Below are positions 13,565 to 23,528 of a stretch of 64,000 nt of DNA, piece by piece. Under the pieces are notes generated by a model that did no database searches, was not told the DNA's origin, and saw only the letters and a list, made by a program, of their open reading frames with translations. Numbering within the stretch: position 1 is the stretch's first letter; every line of letters starts with the position of its first letter. Source of the stretch: Clostridia bacterium (GTDB lineage Bacteria; Bacillota; Clostridia; Peptostreptococcales; Acidaminobacteraceae). The DNA is taken from the NCBI GenBank assembly GCA_016937975.1, contig JAFGVN010000053.1, forward strand, positions 34 through 64,033. The letters run 5' to 3'. The position numbers were made by a program, and so were the translations under genes.

Positions 13565-13577
13565 CTTTAAATAAACA

Positions 13578-14270
13578 TTATAATTTAGCAGCGTTTAATT
13601 TAATACCAGGACTCATTGTAGATGTAATTGTTACAGATCTCAAATAAGTTCCTTTTGCTGCAGCAGGTCTAGCTTTATTGATTGCTTCTGTCAACGCATT
13701 TAAGTTATCAATTAACTTGTCGTTTTCAAAAGAAATCTTACCAATCGAACAGTGAATGATATTTGTCTTGTCCAATCTGTATTCCACTTTACCAGCTTTA
13801 ATCTCAGCAACTGCTTTTGTTAAATCAAAAGTTACAGTACCTGATTTAGGGTTTGGCATTAATCCTTTAGGACCTAATACTCTACCTAAACGTCCAATAA
13901 GACCCATCATATCTGGTGTTGCAACGATTACATCATATTCAAACCAGTTTTCTTTTTGAATCTTATCCACTAGGTCTTCTGCGCCAACAAAGTCTGCACC
14001 AGCAGCTCTTGCTTCTTCAGCTTTTTCACCTTTTGCGATAACTAAAACACGTTTAGAGTTACCAGTACCGTGTGGTAATACAATTGCACCTCTAACTTGT
14101 TGATCAGCATGTCTACCGTCAACACCCATTTTGTAATGAACTTCTACAGTTTCATCGAATTTAGCTTTTGCTACGTCTTTTAATAAAGTAACCGCTTCGT
14201 CAAGGTCATATAACTTTGATTTTTCGATTTTTTTCATAGCGTCAGCATATCTTTTGCCTTTTTTAGCCAT
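13578..14270 (-). CDS. rplA: 50S ribosomal protein L1
   Basis: Starts MAKKGKRY at ATG 14270, after GAGGAGGAAAC. The track ORF is 9 codons too long. Confidence 0.97.
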   Translation of the reverse strand: MAKKGKRYADAMKKIEKSKLYDLDEAVTLLKDVAKAKFDETVEVHYKMGVDGRHADQQVRGAIVLPHGTGNSKRVLVIAKGEKAEEARAAGADFVGAEDLVDKIQKENWFEYDVIVATPDMMGLIGRLGRVLGPKGLMPNPKSGTVTFDLTKAVAEIKAGKVEYRLDKTNIIHCSIGKISFENDKLIDNLNALTEAINKARPAAAKGTYLRSVTITSTMSPGIKLNAAKL

Positions 14271-14315
14271 GTTTCCTCCTCGTGGTAATAACGACATTCA
14301 TCTCCCACTTAAAAA

Positions 14316-14741
14316 TTAATCTTCTACTACGATACCCATTGATCTAGCAGTACCTTTGATCATACTTGTTGCAGCTTCAATAGATGCAGCATTTAAATCA
14401 ACTCTTTTAATTTCTGCAATTTCTTGACATTGTGCAGTTGTTAAAGTAGCAACCTTCACTTTGTGTGGTTGACCTGAAGCTGTTTCAATTTTAGCAGCTT
14501 TCTTTAATAATACAGCAGCTGGTGGAGTCTTTGTAATAAATGTGTAAGATCTATCTTGATATACACTGATTACTACTGGAATGATCATACCAGGTTGATC
14601 TGCAGTTTTCGCGTTGAATTCTTTACAAAATTGCATGATATTAAGACCGTGTGGACCTAATGCCGAACCAACTGGTGGAGCTGGAGTAGCTTTACCTGCA
14701 GGAATTTGTAATTTAATCATACTTACTAATTTCTTTGCCAT
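14316..14741 (-). CDS. rplK: 50S ribosomal protein L11
   Basis: 141 aa with ...[14 protein letters not shown]... motif. Confidence 0.98.
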   Translation of the reverse strand: MAKKLVSMIKLQIPAGKATPAPPVGSALGPHGLNIMQFCKEFNAKTADQPGMIIPVVISVYQDRSYTFITKTPPAAVLLKKAAKIETASGQPHKVKVATLTTAQCQEIAEIKRVDLNAASIEAATSMIKGTARSMGIVVED

Positions 14742-14771
14742 GATTTCACCTCCTCAATTAAGAGTATTATG

Positions 14772-15290
14772 TTATAATTTTTCAACTTGAGTAAAGTCAA
14801 GCTCAACAGGTGTCTCACGTCCAAACATAGAGATAGACACATGTAGAATTTGCTTTTCCATGTTTACTTCTTTAACAACACCTTCAAATCCGTCAAACGG
14901 ACCGGAAATTACTTTAATGTTGTCACCTTCAACAACATCAATTTCCACTACATGTTTTTCGATTCCCATCTTTAGAATTTCTTCTTCAGTTAAAGGAATT
15001 GGTTTTGATTCAGGTCCAACAAATCCAGTAACCCCTCTTGTATTTCTTACAATGTACCATGACTCATCGGTCATAACCATTTTTACAATACAATAACCAG
15101 GGAAAATCTTTCTAAGTTTGACTTTCTTCTTACCATTTTTAATCTCAACAATTTCTTCGGTTGGGACAGCAACTTCAAGTATGAGGTCACCTTTATTTCT
15201 GTTTTCAACGATTTTTTCAATATTAGCTTTTACTTTATTTTCATGACCCGAATACGTATGAACAACATACCATTTAGCTTCTTTTGACAT
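14772..15290 (-). CDS. nusG: Transcription termination/antitermination factor NusG
   Basis: 172 aa with NGN N-terminus (WYVVHTYSGHENKV) and a KOW region. Lies in the secE-nusG-rplK order. Confidence 0.96.
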   Translation of the reverse strand: MSKEAKWYVVHTYSGHENKVKANIEKIVENRNKGDLILEVAVPTEEIVEIKNGKKKVKLRKIFPGYCIVKMVMTDESWYIVRNTRGVTGFVGPESKPIPLTEEEILKMGIEKHVVEIDVVEGDNIKVISGPFDGFEGVVKEVNMEKQILHVSISMFGRETPVELDFTQVEKL

Positions 15291-15347
15291 ACTGAATAGT
15301 GCTACTACCGTAACACTCTGCCCTCCTTCTTTAAAAGATTGTTAAAA

Positions 15348-15545
15348 TTAATTGCCAATGATTGCTCTAAACAAGAAACTGAACGCTGCGTCACTTGCTG
15401 CAATCAATGCGCCAACTGCAACACACATGCTGAATACTACAGCAGTATATTGAGTTACTTCTTTACGATTTGGCCAGCTTACTTTTTTAAGCTCCATTTT
15501 GATAGCCTTAAATGGATTGTTTTTCTTCTTTGCTTGTACAGCCAC
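15348..15545 (-). CDS. secE: Preprotein translocase subunit SecE
   Basis: 65 aa with a single C-terminal TM segment. GTG start after GAAGGAAGTG. Conserved position. Confidence 0.9.
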   Translation of the reverse strand: MAVQAKKKNNPFKAIKMELKKVSWPNRKEVTQYTAVVFSMCVAVGALIAASDAAFSFLFRAIIGN

Positions 15546-15563
15546 TAGATCACTTCCTTCAAA

Positions 15564-15713
15564 CTATTTAGTTTCTTTATGATTTGTATGCGTTTTACAG
15601 AATCTACAATACTTTTTGATTTCTAATCTATCTGGATTATTCTTCTTGTTCTTAGTAGTGTTATAGTTTCTTTGTTTGCACTCCTGACAAGCTAAAGTAA
15701 TTTTCACTCTCAC
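15564..15713 (-). CDS. rpmG: 50S ribosomal protein L33 (49 aa; absent from the ORF track)
   Basis: My translation reads (M)[51 protein letters not shown] start 7 nt after GGAGGT. CxxC...CxxC zinc-ribbon pattern. Conserved position upstream of secE. Confidence 0.9.
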   Translation of the reverse strand: MRVKITLACQECKQRNYNTTKNKKNNPDRLEIKKYCRFCKTHTNHKETK

Positions 15714-15778
15714 TTCAGACACCTCCTACCCTTTTAGATATTTATATATATACGTATCCAAAATACCGTTACCTTATT

Positions 15779-15807
15779 AAATTAACACACTACCTTGTAA
15801 TTGTCAA
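15779..15807 (-). promoter_or_regulatory. Candidate promoter for rpmG-secE-nusG
   Basis: Minus strand: TTGACA (15807-15802), 17-nt spacer ending in TGT, TAATTT (15784-15779). Confidence 0.4.
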
Positions 15808-15854
15808 CAAAGTCTTGAGTTATCTTAAAGCCAACTTTTTTGAATTCATAGTCG

Positions 15855-16505
15855 TTATGAAAAATCAACTTTCATATATTTCTCTAATTTTTTCTTCACT
15901 CGCTGCAATGCATTGTCGATGGACTTCACTGAGCGATTAAGATCTTGACCGATTTCTTGATAAGATTCACCAGCCAAATATCTTGTTAGTACTTCCCATT
16001 CAAATTTACTTAGATGCTTTCCAATTTCTTTTTTGATGCTGCTTACTTCTTCTCTTGAAATAAACAACGTCTCTGGGTTCATGGATCGTTTCCCTGTTAA
16101 CACATCTAAAAGTGTACGTTCTGATTCATCATCGTAAATAGGTTTATTTAATGATACATAGGAGTTTAAAGGAATATGCTTTTGTCTAGTTGCCGATTTG
16201 ATTGCTGTGATGACTTGACGTTTAATACACAGTTCAGCAAAGGCTTTGAAATTGGTGTTCTTATCTATATCAAAATCACGAATGGCTTTAAATAAACCAA
16301 TCATGCCTTCTTGAATAATATCTTCTGAATCTGCTCCAATTAAAAAATAAGTTCTTACTTTTGCTCTAACAAAGTTTTTATATTTTTTTATAAGATAATC
16401 TTGAGCAGCATCATCACCATCTTTGACATGTGCAACAATCGATTCATCTGACATCGCTTCATAAGCTTCATTTCGAAGCTTATTTGCCGAAGCACCAGAA
16501 CTCAT
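15855..16505 (-). CDS. sigH: RNA polymerase sigma factor SigH (sigma-30)
   Basis: Sigma-70 region 2 (DIIQEGMIGLFKAIRDFD) and region 4 HTH. About 216 aa. Conserved position next to yacP/rlmB. ATG at 16505 follows GGGGAG. Confidence 0.9.
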   Translation of the reverse strand: MSSGASANKLRNEAYEAMSDESIVAHVKDGDDAAQDYLIKKYKNFVRAKVRTYFLIGADSEDIIQEGMIGLFKAIRDFDIDKNTNFKAFAELCIKRQVITAIKSATRQKHIPLNSYVSLNKPIYDDESERTLLDVLTGKRSMNPETLFISREEVSSIKKEIGKHLSKFEWEVLTRYLAGESYQEIGQDLNRSVKSIDNALQRVKKKLEKYMKVDFS

Positions 16506-16546
16506 TATAATCACTCCCCGTTCACTTGTAAATACCCAATTTACAT

Positions 16547-17059
16547 TTATTTTTGACTTTTATTTAATAATGATGCTAATTTGCTGGCTAAAACACTATT
16601 CTTATTGTGATTTTCATCGGCTAATTTCATCTTACGTTGTACCTTTGAAATGATTCTTGTACATTTATCTTTTAGTTCATACGGCGTTAATCGAATACCG
16701 CCACTTCCCAGCACTTGCCTTTGTTGTACCCAGTCTGAAGTTACAACCTTGATTAATAGTCTAGGATCTTCAGAAAGTGTAGCAACCTTCTTTTCAATAT
16801 AGCTATCAGCTGTTTGATTTTCTTTGGTGTAAATAATATGAACATGGTTAATGGTTTCTACATGCTCCAATTTATTATCTCTTGCATAAGCATCATAGAC
16901 AATATAAACCTCTTCACCATAATAAGCTGCGTATTCTAACATATCATTATTTAATTTTTCTCTAGCACCTTCTAAATCATGTTCTGCCAAATATTTCAAT
17001 TCGGACCAGGCATTAATAATATTGTAAGCATCCACTAAAAGGACAACTTTCCGATGCAT
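16547..17059 (-). CDS. NYN-domain ribonuclease YacP/Rae1 family
   Basis: 170 aa, LLVDAYNIIN N-terminus typical of YacP. TAATG overlap with the rlmB stop. Confidence 0.8.
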   Translation of the reverse strand: MHRKVVLLVDAYNIINAWSELKYLAEHDLEGAREKLNNDMLEYAAYYGEEVYIVYDAYARDNKLEHVETINHVHIIYTKENQTADSYIEKKVATLSEDPRLLIKVVTSDWVQQRQVLGSGGIRLTPYELKDKCTRIISKVQRKMKLADENHNKNSVLASKLASLLNKSQK

Positions 17060-17802
17060 TATTTACCCTGCCTTTGCTTAAATGCTTCATATAAAATAAC
17101 GGAAGCTGCAACAGAAGCATTTAATGAAGAAACTTTACCAATCATTGGGATATGAATGAGGAAATCGCATTTTTCTTTTACGAGTCTACTAATCCCCTGA
17201 CCCTCACTCCCCATGACCAAAGCGAAACTTCCAGTCATATTGGCTTGAAAGTGAGTTTGCTCACCTGCCATGTCAGCACCAGCAACCCAAATATTTTTTT
17301 CTTTTAATTCTTCAATGGTTCTTGCTATATTTGTAACCCTACAAACAGGTACATATTCAATGGCACCTGCAGAAGTTTTTGCAACCACAGGGGTTAATCC
17401 TACAGCGCGTCTTTTCGGTATAATCACACCATGGGCACCGACAGCATCTGCGGTTCTTAAAATAGAACCTAGATTATGAGGATCGTTGATTTCATCTAAT
17501 ATAATTAAAAATGGTGCTTCACCTTTTTTTTCAATGTTTTCCAACAAGGCTTCCAAAGGCATATAGTCATAAGCCGCTGCAAAGGCCATAACCCCTTGAT
17601 GATTATCGGATTGAGACAAACTATCAATTTTATGACGATCCACATAAGAAATTACAATACTTTGCTCTTTCGCCATAGCAATGATTTTCTTAATTGAACC
17701 CTCTTTTTGCCCTTCTGCTATCATTATTTTATTGATGGTTCTTCCTGCATTTAATGCCTCTATAACAGGATTTCTTCCTTCTATAATATATTCGTCTTTC
17801 AT
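17059..17802 (-). CDS. rlmB: 23S rRNA (guanosine-2'-O)-methyltransferase RlmB (SpoU/TrmH family)
   Basis: SpoU-type motifs ([24 protein letters not shown]). Most likely start is MKDEYIIEG at 17802, forming an ATGA overlap with the thyX stop. The track ORF is 23 codons longer. Confidence 0.88.
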   Translation of the reverse strand: MKDEYIIEGRNPVIEALNAGRTINKIMIAEGQKEGSIKKIIAMAKEQSIVISYVDRHKIDSLSQSDNHQGVMAFAAAYDYMPLEALLENIEKKGEAPFLIILDEINDPHNLGSILRTADAVGAHGVIIPKRRAVGLTPVVAKTSAGAIEYVPVCRVTNIARTIEELKEKNIWVAGADMAGEQTHFQANMTGSFALVMGSEGQGISRLVKEKCDFLIHIPMIGKVSSLNASVAASVILYEAFKQRQGK

Positions 17803-18563
17803 GAACGCTCCTTCAAGTATAAAGCTCTTTTTTCTTTTGTTTTGCCACAGGTCATCATACCTTCTGGACAAGGTTTTGTCAAACAGCTTGGTCCAGCATA
17901 TTTAAACAAAGTAGGCGACACTTCCTTAACAAGCTTTAACATTTCATCTGCCATAGCTCTAATTTCCCATTGTGCACGTTCACAACAACGATGTTTAAAG
18001 AAATGCATTAATGTTCTTGCATTCATAGTAAAAATTATTTTTGTTTCACAAGCATTTGGAAATACAAATCTTGCATCTTCGATTGCTTTTTTCTCAGCCG
18101 CTTGTTTTGCTTTTTTTTCGGACATTCCTTCAGTCATATAACCTTGAAAATAATCTTCAAACAAAATATCTGTTAAAGCATCATAATGCTTCTGGTCTTC
18201 TGCCATCGCTTGTTCAAACAAAGCCTTTGCTTTCGGATTGTTTGAAATGTTTGGAGGAGTTATATATTCAAATTGATCAAGCTTCACATATCTTTGAGAC
18301 TGTTGTGAATACGAAGCAATACGATGACGTACCAATTGATGTGTTAAAACACGACTAACCCCTTCAACTGCAAATGTAAAAGAAATATGCTCAATAGGCG
18401 ATTCATGGCCAATACTTGTTAACTTTTCAATAAAAGACTCTACCTTCTCATCAGTTAGTCCTTCAAGGATGTTTTGAGTACCTGTTTTTGAATAGCATAA
18501 CTTAGCAGCTGCAGCTACAATTTTTTCAGGATTTGGTGTATAAGTTATCAAATCTACTTTCAT
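17799..18563 (-). CDS. thyX: Flavin-dependent thymidylate synthase ThyX
   Basis: 254 aa. Carries the ThyX signature [13 protein letters not shown]. Confidence 0.93.
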   Translation of the reverse strand: MKVDLITYTPNPEKIVAAAAKLCYSKTGTQNILEGLTDEKVESFIEKLTSIGHESPIEHISFTFAVEGVSRVLTHQLVRHRIASYSQQSQRYVKLDQFEYITPPNISNNPKAKALFEQAMAEDQKHYDALTDILFEDYFQGYMTEGMSEKKAKQAAEKKAIEDARFVFPNACETKIIFTMNARTLMHFFKHRCCERAQWEIRAMADEMLKLVKEVSPTLFKYAGPSCLTKPCPEGMMTCGKTKEKRALYLKERS

Positions 18564-18573
18564 TTTAAGCCCC

Positions 18574-18921
18574 TTAATCTATATCTAAAATACGTTCCTC
18601 TGAATATGGTAAAAACCCTAGTATATACTTCCTGATCTTAGCCTTATAAATACCATCCGCTACATAAGTATTACCATCTTTATCTTTTACAGTTCTCTCT
18701 CGCTCTGACATTTCAGAAATTTTAACAATTCTTGGATAAACCAAACCACTGTCATATAGAAAGCCTGTATAATTGGTTTCTATAATATCTTTAACTTCCT
18801 GATAAAATTCATCTTCAGCTTCATTTTTAGGTGTATAAGGATCTATGAAAAAGGACTTTACAATTAAAAGCACTAATACCAACCCTAATATAAGTAATAA
18901 AGTCTTTTCTCTTTTATCCAT
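18574..18921 (-). CDS. Small membrane-anchored hypothetical protein
   Basis: 115 aa with one N-terminal TM ([14 protein letters not shown]). 8-nt overlap with mrnC. No recognisable motif. Confidence 0.6.
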   Translation of the reverse strand: MDKREKTLLLILGLVLVLLIVKSFFIDPYTPKNEAEDEFYQEVKDIIETNYTGFLYDSGLVYPRIVKISEMSERERTVKDKDGNTYVADGIYKAKIRKYILGFLPYSEERILDID

Positions 18922-19351
18922 TATATGTCTCCTTGTCTAAATGCCTAATCCCATGAACAATTAATTCTTCAATTCTTTCTTTCTCACCTTTGAGATGAAG
19001 CATTCCTATTAAGGCTTCAAAACCCGTTGCAAGTTTATAGTCTTTAATACTCGCATTTTTAGCAGGTGTATTGGTTTTTACATTACGCCCCCGTGTCACT
19101 ACAGCCATTTCCTCATCTGTCAAATAAGGCTTAAGATATTCAAGGATTTCAGCTTGTGCTGATGCTTTTACAAAAGATACCCCTTTTTTATTCAGTTGAT
19201 TCACATTGCCTCTGTAGTTGTTCATGACATAAGTTCTTATATAGACTTCATAAACAGCATCACCAATGAATGCTAATTTTGAGCCATTCATCATTTTTAT
19301 TTCATCAGATGTTAATATTCTTCGATCTACCTTATCTAGAAATTGTTTCAA
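18914..19351 (-). CDS. mrnC: Mini-ribonuclease 3
   Basis: 145 aa. RNase III-like motif AFIGDAVYE. Conserved position downstream of cysS. Confidence 0.88.
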   Translation of the reverse strand: MKQFLDKVDRRILTSDEIKMMNGSKLAFIGDAVYEVYIRTYVMNNYRGNVNQLNKKGVSFVKASAQAEILEYLKPYLTDEEMAVVTRGRNVKTNTPAKNASIKDYKLATGFEALIGMLHLKGEKERIEELIVHGIRHLDKETYNG

Positions 19352-19359
19352 AATTCCCC

Positions 19360-20754
19360 CTAACGCTTATAAGACCATTTAACACCTGTTGGTGTATCTT
19401 CAATGACAATACCTTGATCCAGTAAAGCTTGTCTTAAAGCATCTGCCTTTTCAAAATCTTTGTTTTTTCTTGCTTCTTGTCTTTCATCGATTAAAGCTTG
19501 TAACGTATCGCTCAATGCATTGTTCTCTTTTGTCAAGATCCCCAATACACCAGTTAATTCATTTAACAAGTCCATACTTTCCAATATAAATTGTCTTGAA
19601 GAAGTTTCGTTTGTGTCTTTATTTAAATCTCTGACCAGTTCAAAAATAGCTGCAATACCATCTGCTGTATTAAAATCATCGTCTAAGGCTTCAATGAATT
19701 TCGATTTATGCTTTTGATATCCTTCTATTAAAGCTTTTTCCTCTTCTGTGATCATCTCCACTGCAGTATTCATTAAATGTATCATATTGTCTCGAGCTGT
19801 ATAAATTCTTTCCAACCCACTTGCTGCCGATTGTACAAGTTCTCGACTAAAATTCACTGGATGTCTATAGTGTACTGATAACAAGAAGAATCTTACAACC
19901 TCTGAATCGTACTGTTCAAGGATTTCTCTTACGGTAAAGAAGTTACCTTCTGATTTAGACATTTTTTTGTTTTCAATATTAATGTAGCCATTATGCATCC
20001 AATAATTTGCTAATGTCTTACCTGTATATGCTTCACTTTGAGCCACTTCATTTTCATGATGTGGGAATACCAAGTCCTTGCCACCGGCATGGATATCAAT
20101 CGTTTTACCTAGGTGTTTATTGATCATTGCTGAACATTCGATGTGCCATCCAGGTCTTCCTTCTCCCCATGGTGATTGCCATGCGATTTCGCCTTCTTTT
20201 TTCTTTTTCCATAAAGCGAAGTCTGTAGGATTCTTTTTAATATCATTGACTTGAATACGAGCACCTAATTCAAGTTCTTCAATGTCTTGTCCTGAAAGCT
20301 TGCCATATGCTTCAAATGCTTTTACATCGAAGTAGACATCACCGTCAACTTCATAAGCATAACCTTTTTGTTCTAATGTTTTCACGATTTTAATGATGTT
20401 CCCAATATGCTCAGATACTTTGGGATGAACATCTGCTCTTTTAATACCAAGCGCATCTGCATCTTTAAAATACTCATCGATGAAACGACGTGAGACTTCC
20501 ATTGCATCTACATCTTCTTCAATGGCTTTATTGATAATCTTGTCATCTACATCTGTAAAGTTTTGAACATAGGTCACGTCATAACCTCTATACTCTAAAT
20601 ATCTTCTAAAGGCATCAAACATTAAGAACGGTCTTGCATTTCCTATATGAAAAAAATTGTATACTGTAGGACCGCAAACATACATCTTAACTTTATTCGG
20701 TTCTAGCGGTATAAACTCTTCTTTCTGTCTCGTAATCGTATTATAGATTTTCAT
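19360..20754 (-). CDS. cysS: Cysteinyl-tRNA synthetase
   Basis: Class I HIGN and KMSKS motifs. Start [10 protein letters not shown] at 20754 after AAAGGAG. The track ORF is 7 codons too long. Confidence 0.97.
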   Translation of the reverse strand: MKIYNTITRQKEEFIPLEPNKVKMYVCGPTVYNFFHIGNARPFLMFDAFRRYLEYRGYDVTYVQNFTDVDDKIINKAIEEDVDAMEVSRRFIDEYFKDADALGIKRADVHPKVSEHIGNIIKIVKTLEQKGYAYEVDGDVYFDVKAFEAYGKLSGQDIEELELGARIQVNDIKKNPTDFALWKKKKEGEIAWQSPWGEGRPGWHIECSAMINKHLGKTIDIHAGGKDLVFPHHENEVAQSEAYTGKTLANYWMHNGYINIENKKMSKSEGNFFTVREILEQYDSEVVRFFLLSVHYRHPVNFSRELVQSAASGLERIYTARDNMIHLMNTAVEMITEEEKALIEGYQKHKSKFIEALDDDFNTADGIAAIFELVRDLNKDTNETSSRQFILESMDLLNELTGVLGILTKENNALSDTLQALIDERQEARKNKDFEKADALRQALLDQGIVIEDTPTGVKWSYKR

Positions 20755-20825
20755 ATTTAGCTCCTTTAATAACACCCTTCATTATATCATTTATTCACGA
20801 TATAAAGATAAATTATCTGAATTTT

Positions 20826-21470
20826 TTATCCTATATTTTTTTTCATTAACTTCTCTAATGTTTCTAAATGCTCATATAGCATTTTAAATTCTGATTCTAC
20901 TGGATTTGGCATGTGAATTTGATCCATATCGCAAAGTTCCTCTTCACTGATTTTAAGATCCTTTTGCTTCACAATCCTTCCTGGAACACCTACTACAGTA
21001 CAGTGATCCGGCACTTCTTTTAAAACCACCGAACCAGCACCTATTTTTGAATGATCGCCTATTTTAAAGGGTCCCAGTATTTTAGCACCGCTGGCTATCA
21101 TCACATCGTTTCCAATGGTAGGATGCCTTTTCCCTGAATCCTTTCCTGTACCACCTAAGGTCACACCTTGATAAATCGTTACATCATTGCCAACAACTGC
21201 AGTTTCGCCAATGACAACCCCCATACCATGATCTATTAAAAGTCTTTTTCCAATCACAGCGCCAGGATGTATTTCAACCCCTGTAAAAAATCTTACGATC
21301 TGAGATCCCATTCTAGCGATTATTTTTAAGCCCATTTTATAAAGAAAATGGTTAATGCGATGGCCAAGGACAGCATGAACCCCAGGATAACACAGTAAAA
21401 TTTCCAATCGATTGCGAGCAGCAGGATCTCTACGCTTTATGGATGCCAGTAAGCCTTCTTCTTTTTTCAC
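20826..21470 (-). CDS. cysE: Serine O-acetyltransferase
   Basis: Hexapeptide-repeat region (GVVIGETAVVGNDVTIYQGVTLGG). GTG start at 21470 after AAAGGAGGT. The track ORF extends into the T-box terminator. Confidence 0.92.
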   Translation of the reverse strand: MKKEEGLLASIKRRDPAARNRLEILLCYPGVHAVLGHRINHFLYKMGLKIIARMGSQIVRFFTGVEIHPGAVIGKRLLIDHGMGVVIGETAVVGNDVTIYQGVTLGGTGKDSGKRHPTIGNDVMIASGAKILGPFKIGDHSKIGAGSVVLKEVPDHCTVVGVPGRIVKQKDLKISEEELCDMDQIHMPNPVESEFKMLYEHLETLEKLMKKNIG

Positions 21471-21494
21471 ACTTACCTCCTTTATGTTCACATC

Positions 21495-21700
21495 AAAAAA
21501 CAAAAAAATCGCCAAATATAAAGGCGATTGTCATCACGGTTCCACTTTAATTAGGTATATACCTATCTCAACTATCGATAACGGGATTACCCGGCTTACC
21601 CTACTATTATTTCAGGCAGCGACTCATAGGTGCACTTCAAATACCTTTTGTTTAGATTCCTTTCACCAATCAGAACCCTCTCTAAAAACAGCCAATATTT
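21495..21700 (-). promoter_or_regulatory. T-box leader, cysteine specifier (UGC), controlling cysE-cysS
   Basis: Minus strand shows: AGAGAGGG at the start of stem I; a specifier-loop-like GAAG-UGC-A (UGC at 21634-21632); the T-box sequence AAAGTGGAACCGTGATGAC; and a terminator AATCGCC...GGCGATT plus T-run (21501-21529). Confidence 0.72.
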
Positions 21701-21740
21701 TACTCTCCTAATCAATGTCTTTGATTATGGTGATGATATC

Positions 21741-21768
21741 AAAAAAAAATCGCTTTTGCAAGCGATTT
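21741..21768 (-). terminator. Intrinsic terminator after gltX
   Basis: Hairpin AAATCGCTT-GCAA-AAGCGATTT followed by a 9-nt T-run on the minus strand. Confidence 0.85.
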
Positions 21769-21781
21769 AATCAAATAGTTA

Positions 21782-23260
21782 TTATTTGTAATTTGAAACA
21801 GCGTATTTCATACGTTTAATGACGGTTTCTTTACCAAGGATTGCAATGGTTTCCATTAAATCTGGACCATGTTCTTGACCTGTTACAGCAATTCGCGTAC
21901 ACATGAACAAATTCTTGCCTTTAATACCTGTTTCCTTTTGCACTTCTTTAAACATAGCTTTTACATCTTCTGCAGAAAAACTCTCTGCAGCATTGAAAGT
22001 CTTAATCAAAGCATCTACCAAAGTCTCCACATGATCCATTCTAATCATTTCAAGTGCAGAATCGTCTGTAATTTTCACTTCATCGCCAACGAACAATGGG
22101 AAGTGATCTGTTACTTGTGCCATATACTCTAAATGCTCTTTTACCAGTTGAACAATTCTCTTCACCCAGTCCAAATGACCTTCTACACCATCTTCATTGA
22201 AATATCCAGCTTCAATGAGATACGGTACTGCTAGTTTAGCCAAACGATCAGGATCCGCATTTTTAATGTATTGGTTGTTCATCCAGTTTAACTTTTGAAT
22301 ATCAAAGACACCACCTGATTTAGAAACGCGATCAAAAGAAAACTTCTCTGTCATTTCTTCTAAAGTCATGATTTCATCTTCACCTTCAGGACTCCAGCCT
22401 ACTAACGCTAAGAAGTTAATCAAAGCTTCAGGCAAATAACCCTTCTTTCTGAAATCTTCTACTGCTACAGAGTCATGACGTTTTGATAATTTTTTCTTTT
22501 CCGTATTTAAAATGTTTGATAAATGAGCAATTTTCGGCATTTCCCATCCCAATGCTTCATAAAGAAGAATCTGTTTTGGTGTAGATGGTAACCATTCTTC
22601 ACCACGAATCATATGTGTAATGCCCATTAAGTGGTCATCAACAACAACAGCCATATGATAAGTTGGGAAACCGTCAGCTTTTAATAAAACTTGATCATCT
22701 GAATCATTGGTATTCATTTTTACAGTACCACGTACCATATCTTCAAATACCAATTCTCTATCTTCTGGCATCTTAAGTCTTACAACATAACTCTCGCCAG
22801 CTTCAGCTCTTTTCTTTGCTTCTTCATAAGGAATATTTCTACAATGTCCATCATAGCCAGAAATAATACCTTTAGCTTTGTTTGCTTCACGTACTTCATC
22901 TAATCTTTCTTTAGAACAGAAGCAATAATATGCATGACCTGATGCTAACAGTTGATCTACATAGGGTCTGTAGGTATCTAGTCTTTCAGACTGAATATAG
23001 GGACCATAGTCACCTCTTTGAACAAGTTTACCATTTTCCATGAAAGGACCTTCATCATGCATGATATCAGCCCATTCAAAGGCTTGAATTAAGTTGTCTA
23101 TGGCATCATCCACCAAACGTGTTTGATCAGTATCTTCTATTCTCAACACATAACTACCACCTTGTTTTTTTGCAAACATATAATCATACAAAGCGGTTCT
23201 TAAACTGCCTAAATGCACATAGCCCGTTGGACTTGGTGCAAAACGCACTCTTACACTCAT
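21782..23260 (-). CDS. gltX: Glutamyl-tRNA synthetase
   Basis: 492 aa. Start RFAPSPTGYVHLGS (HIGH-type motif), later KLSKR (KMSKS-type motif). Confidence 0.96.
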   Translation of the reverse strand: MSVRVRFAPSPTGYVHLGSLRTALYDYMFAKKQGGSYVLRIEDTDQTRLVDDAIDNLIQAFEWADIMHDEGPFMENGKLVQRGDYGPYIQSERLDTYRPYVDQLLASGHAYYCFCSKERLDEVREANKAKGIISGYDGHCRNIPYEEAKKRAEAGESYVVRLKMPEDRELVFEDMVRGTVKMNTNDSDDQVLLKADGFPTYHMAVVVDDHLMGITHMIRGEEWLPSTPKQILLYEALGWEMPKIAHLSNILNTEKKKLSKRHDSVAVEDFRKKGYLPEALINFLALVGWSPEGEDEIMTLEEMTEKFSFDRVSKSGGVFDIQKLNWMNNQYIKNADPDRLAKLAVPYLIEAGYFNEDGVEGHLDWVKRIVQLVKEHLEYMAQVTDHFPLFVGDEVKITDDSALEMIRMDHVETLVDALIKTFNAAESFSAEDVKAMFKEVQKETGIKGKNLFMCTRIAVTGQEHGPDLMETIAILGKETVIKRMKYAVSNYK

Positions 23261-23520
23261 TACTTTCCTCCTAGTTTTCCTCTTTCCATCACTTCAGACA
23301 TCTTACTCATGATGAACTCATAGCTACCTGGTGTGTGGGGTTTCAAGCATTTACTGCAATCTTTCACACCATGATCATAATTAAAGTTACCACCACATTC
23401 ATCCTTTAACAAATACAGTGGACAATAACAAAAGAGACAATTAAAGGTACTTTCGTCTTTTACTTTGTGACACGGAAAATATTCACATGATTTATTTTGA
23501 AAAAATTTATAATTCTCCAT
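23260..23520 (-). CDS. Cysteine-rich small protein (Cys-rich small domain family, putative metal-binding)
   Basis: 86 aa. Pattern C-x-YFPCH ... NCLFCYCPLY ... C ... CxxC. Its RBS overlaps the proS stop (TAGGAGG). Its stop overlaps the gltX start (TAATG). Confidence 0.7.
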   Translation of the reverse strand: MENYKFFQNKSCEYFPCHKVKDESTFNCLFCYCPLYLLKDECGGNFNYDHGVKDCSKCLKPHTPGSYEFIMSKMSEVMERGKLGGK

Positions 23521-23528
23521 CACGCCTC

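Noticed and set aside
21412-21711. 99-aa plus-strand ORF across the cysE upstream region
   Set aside because: The region is better explained as the antisense of a Cys T-box leader, with T-box sequence, specifier and terminator all present on the minus strand.
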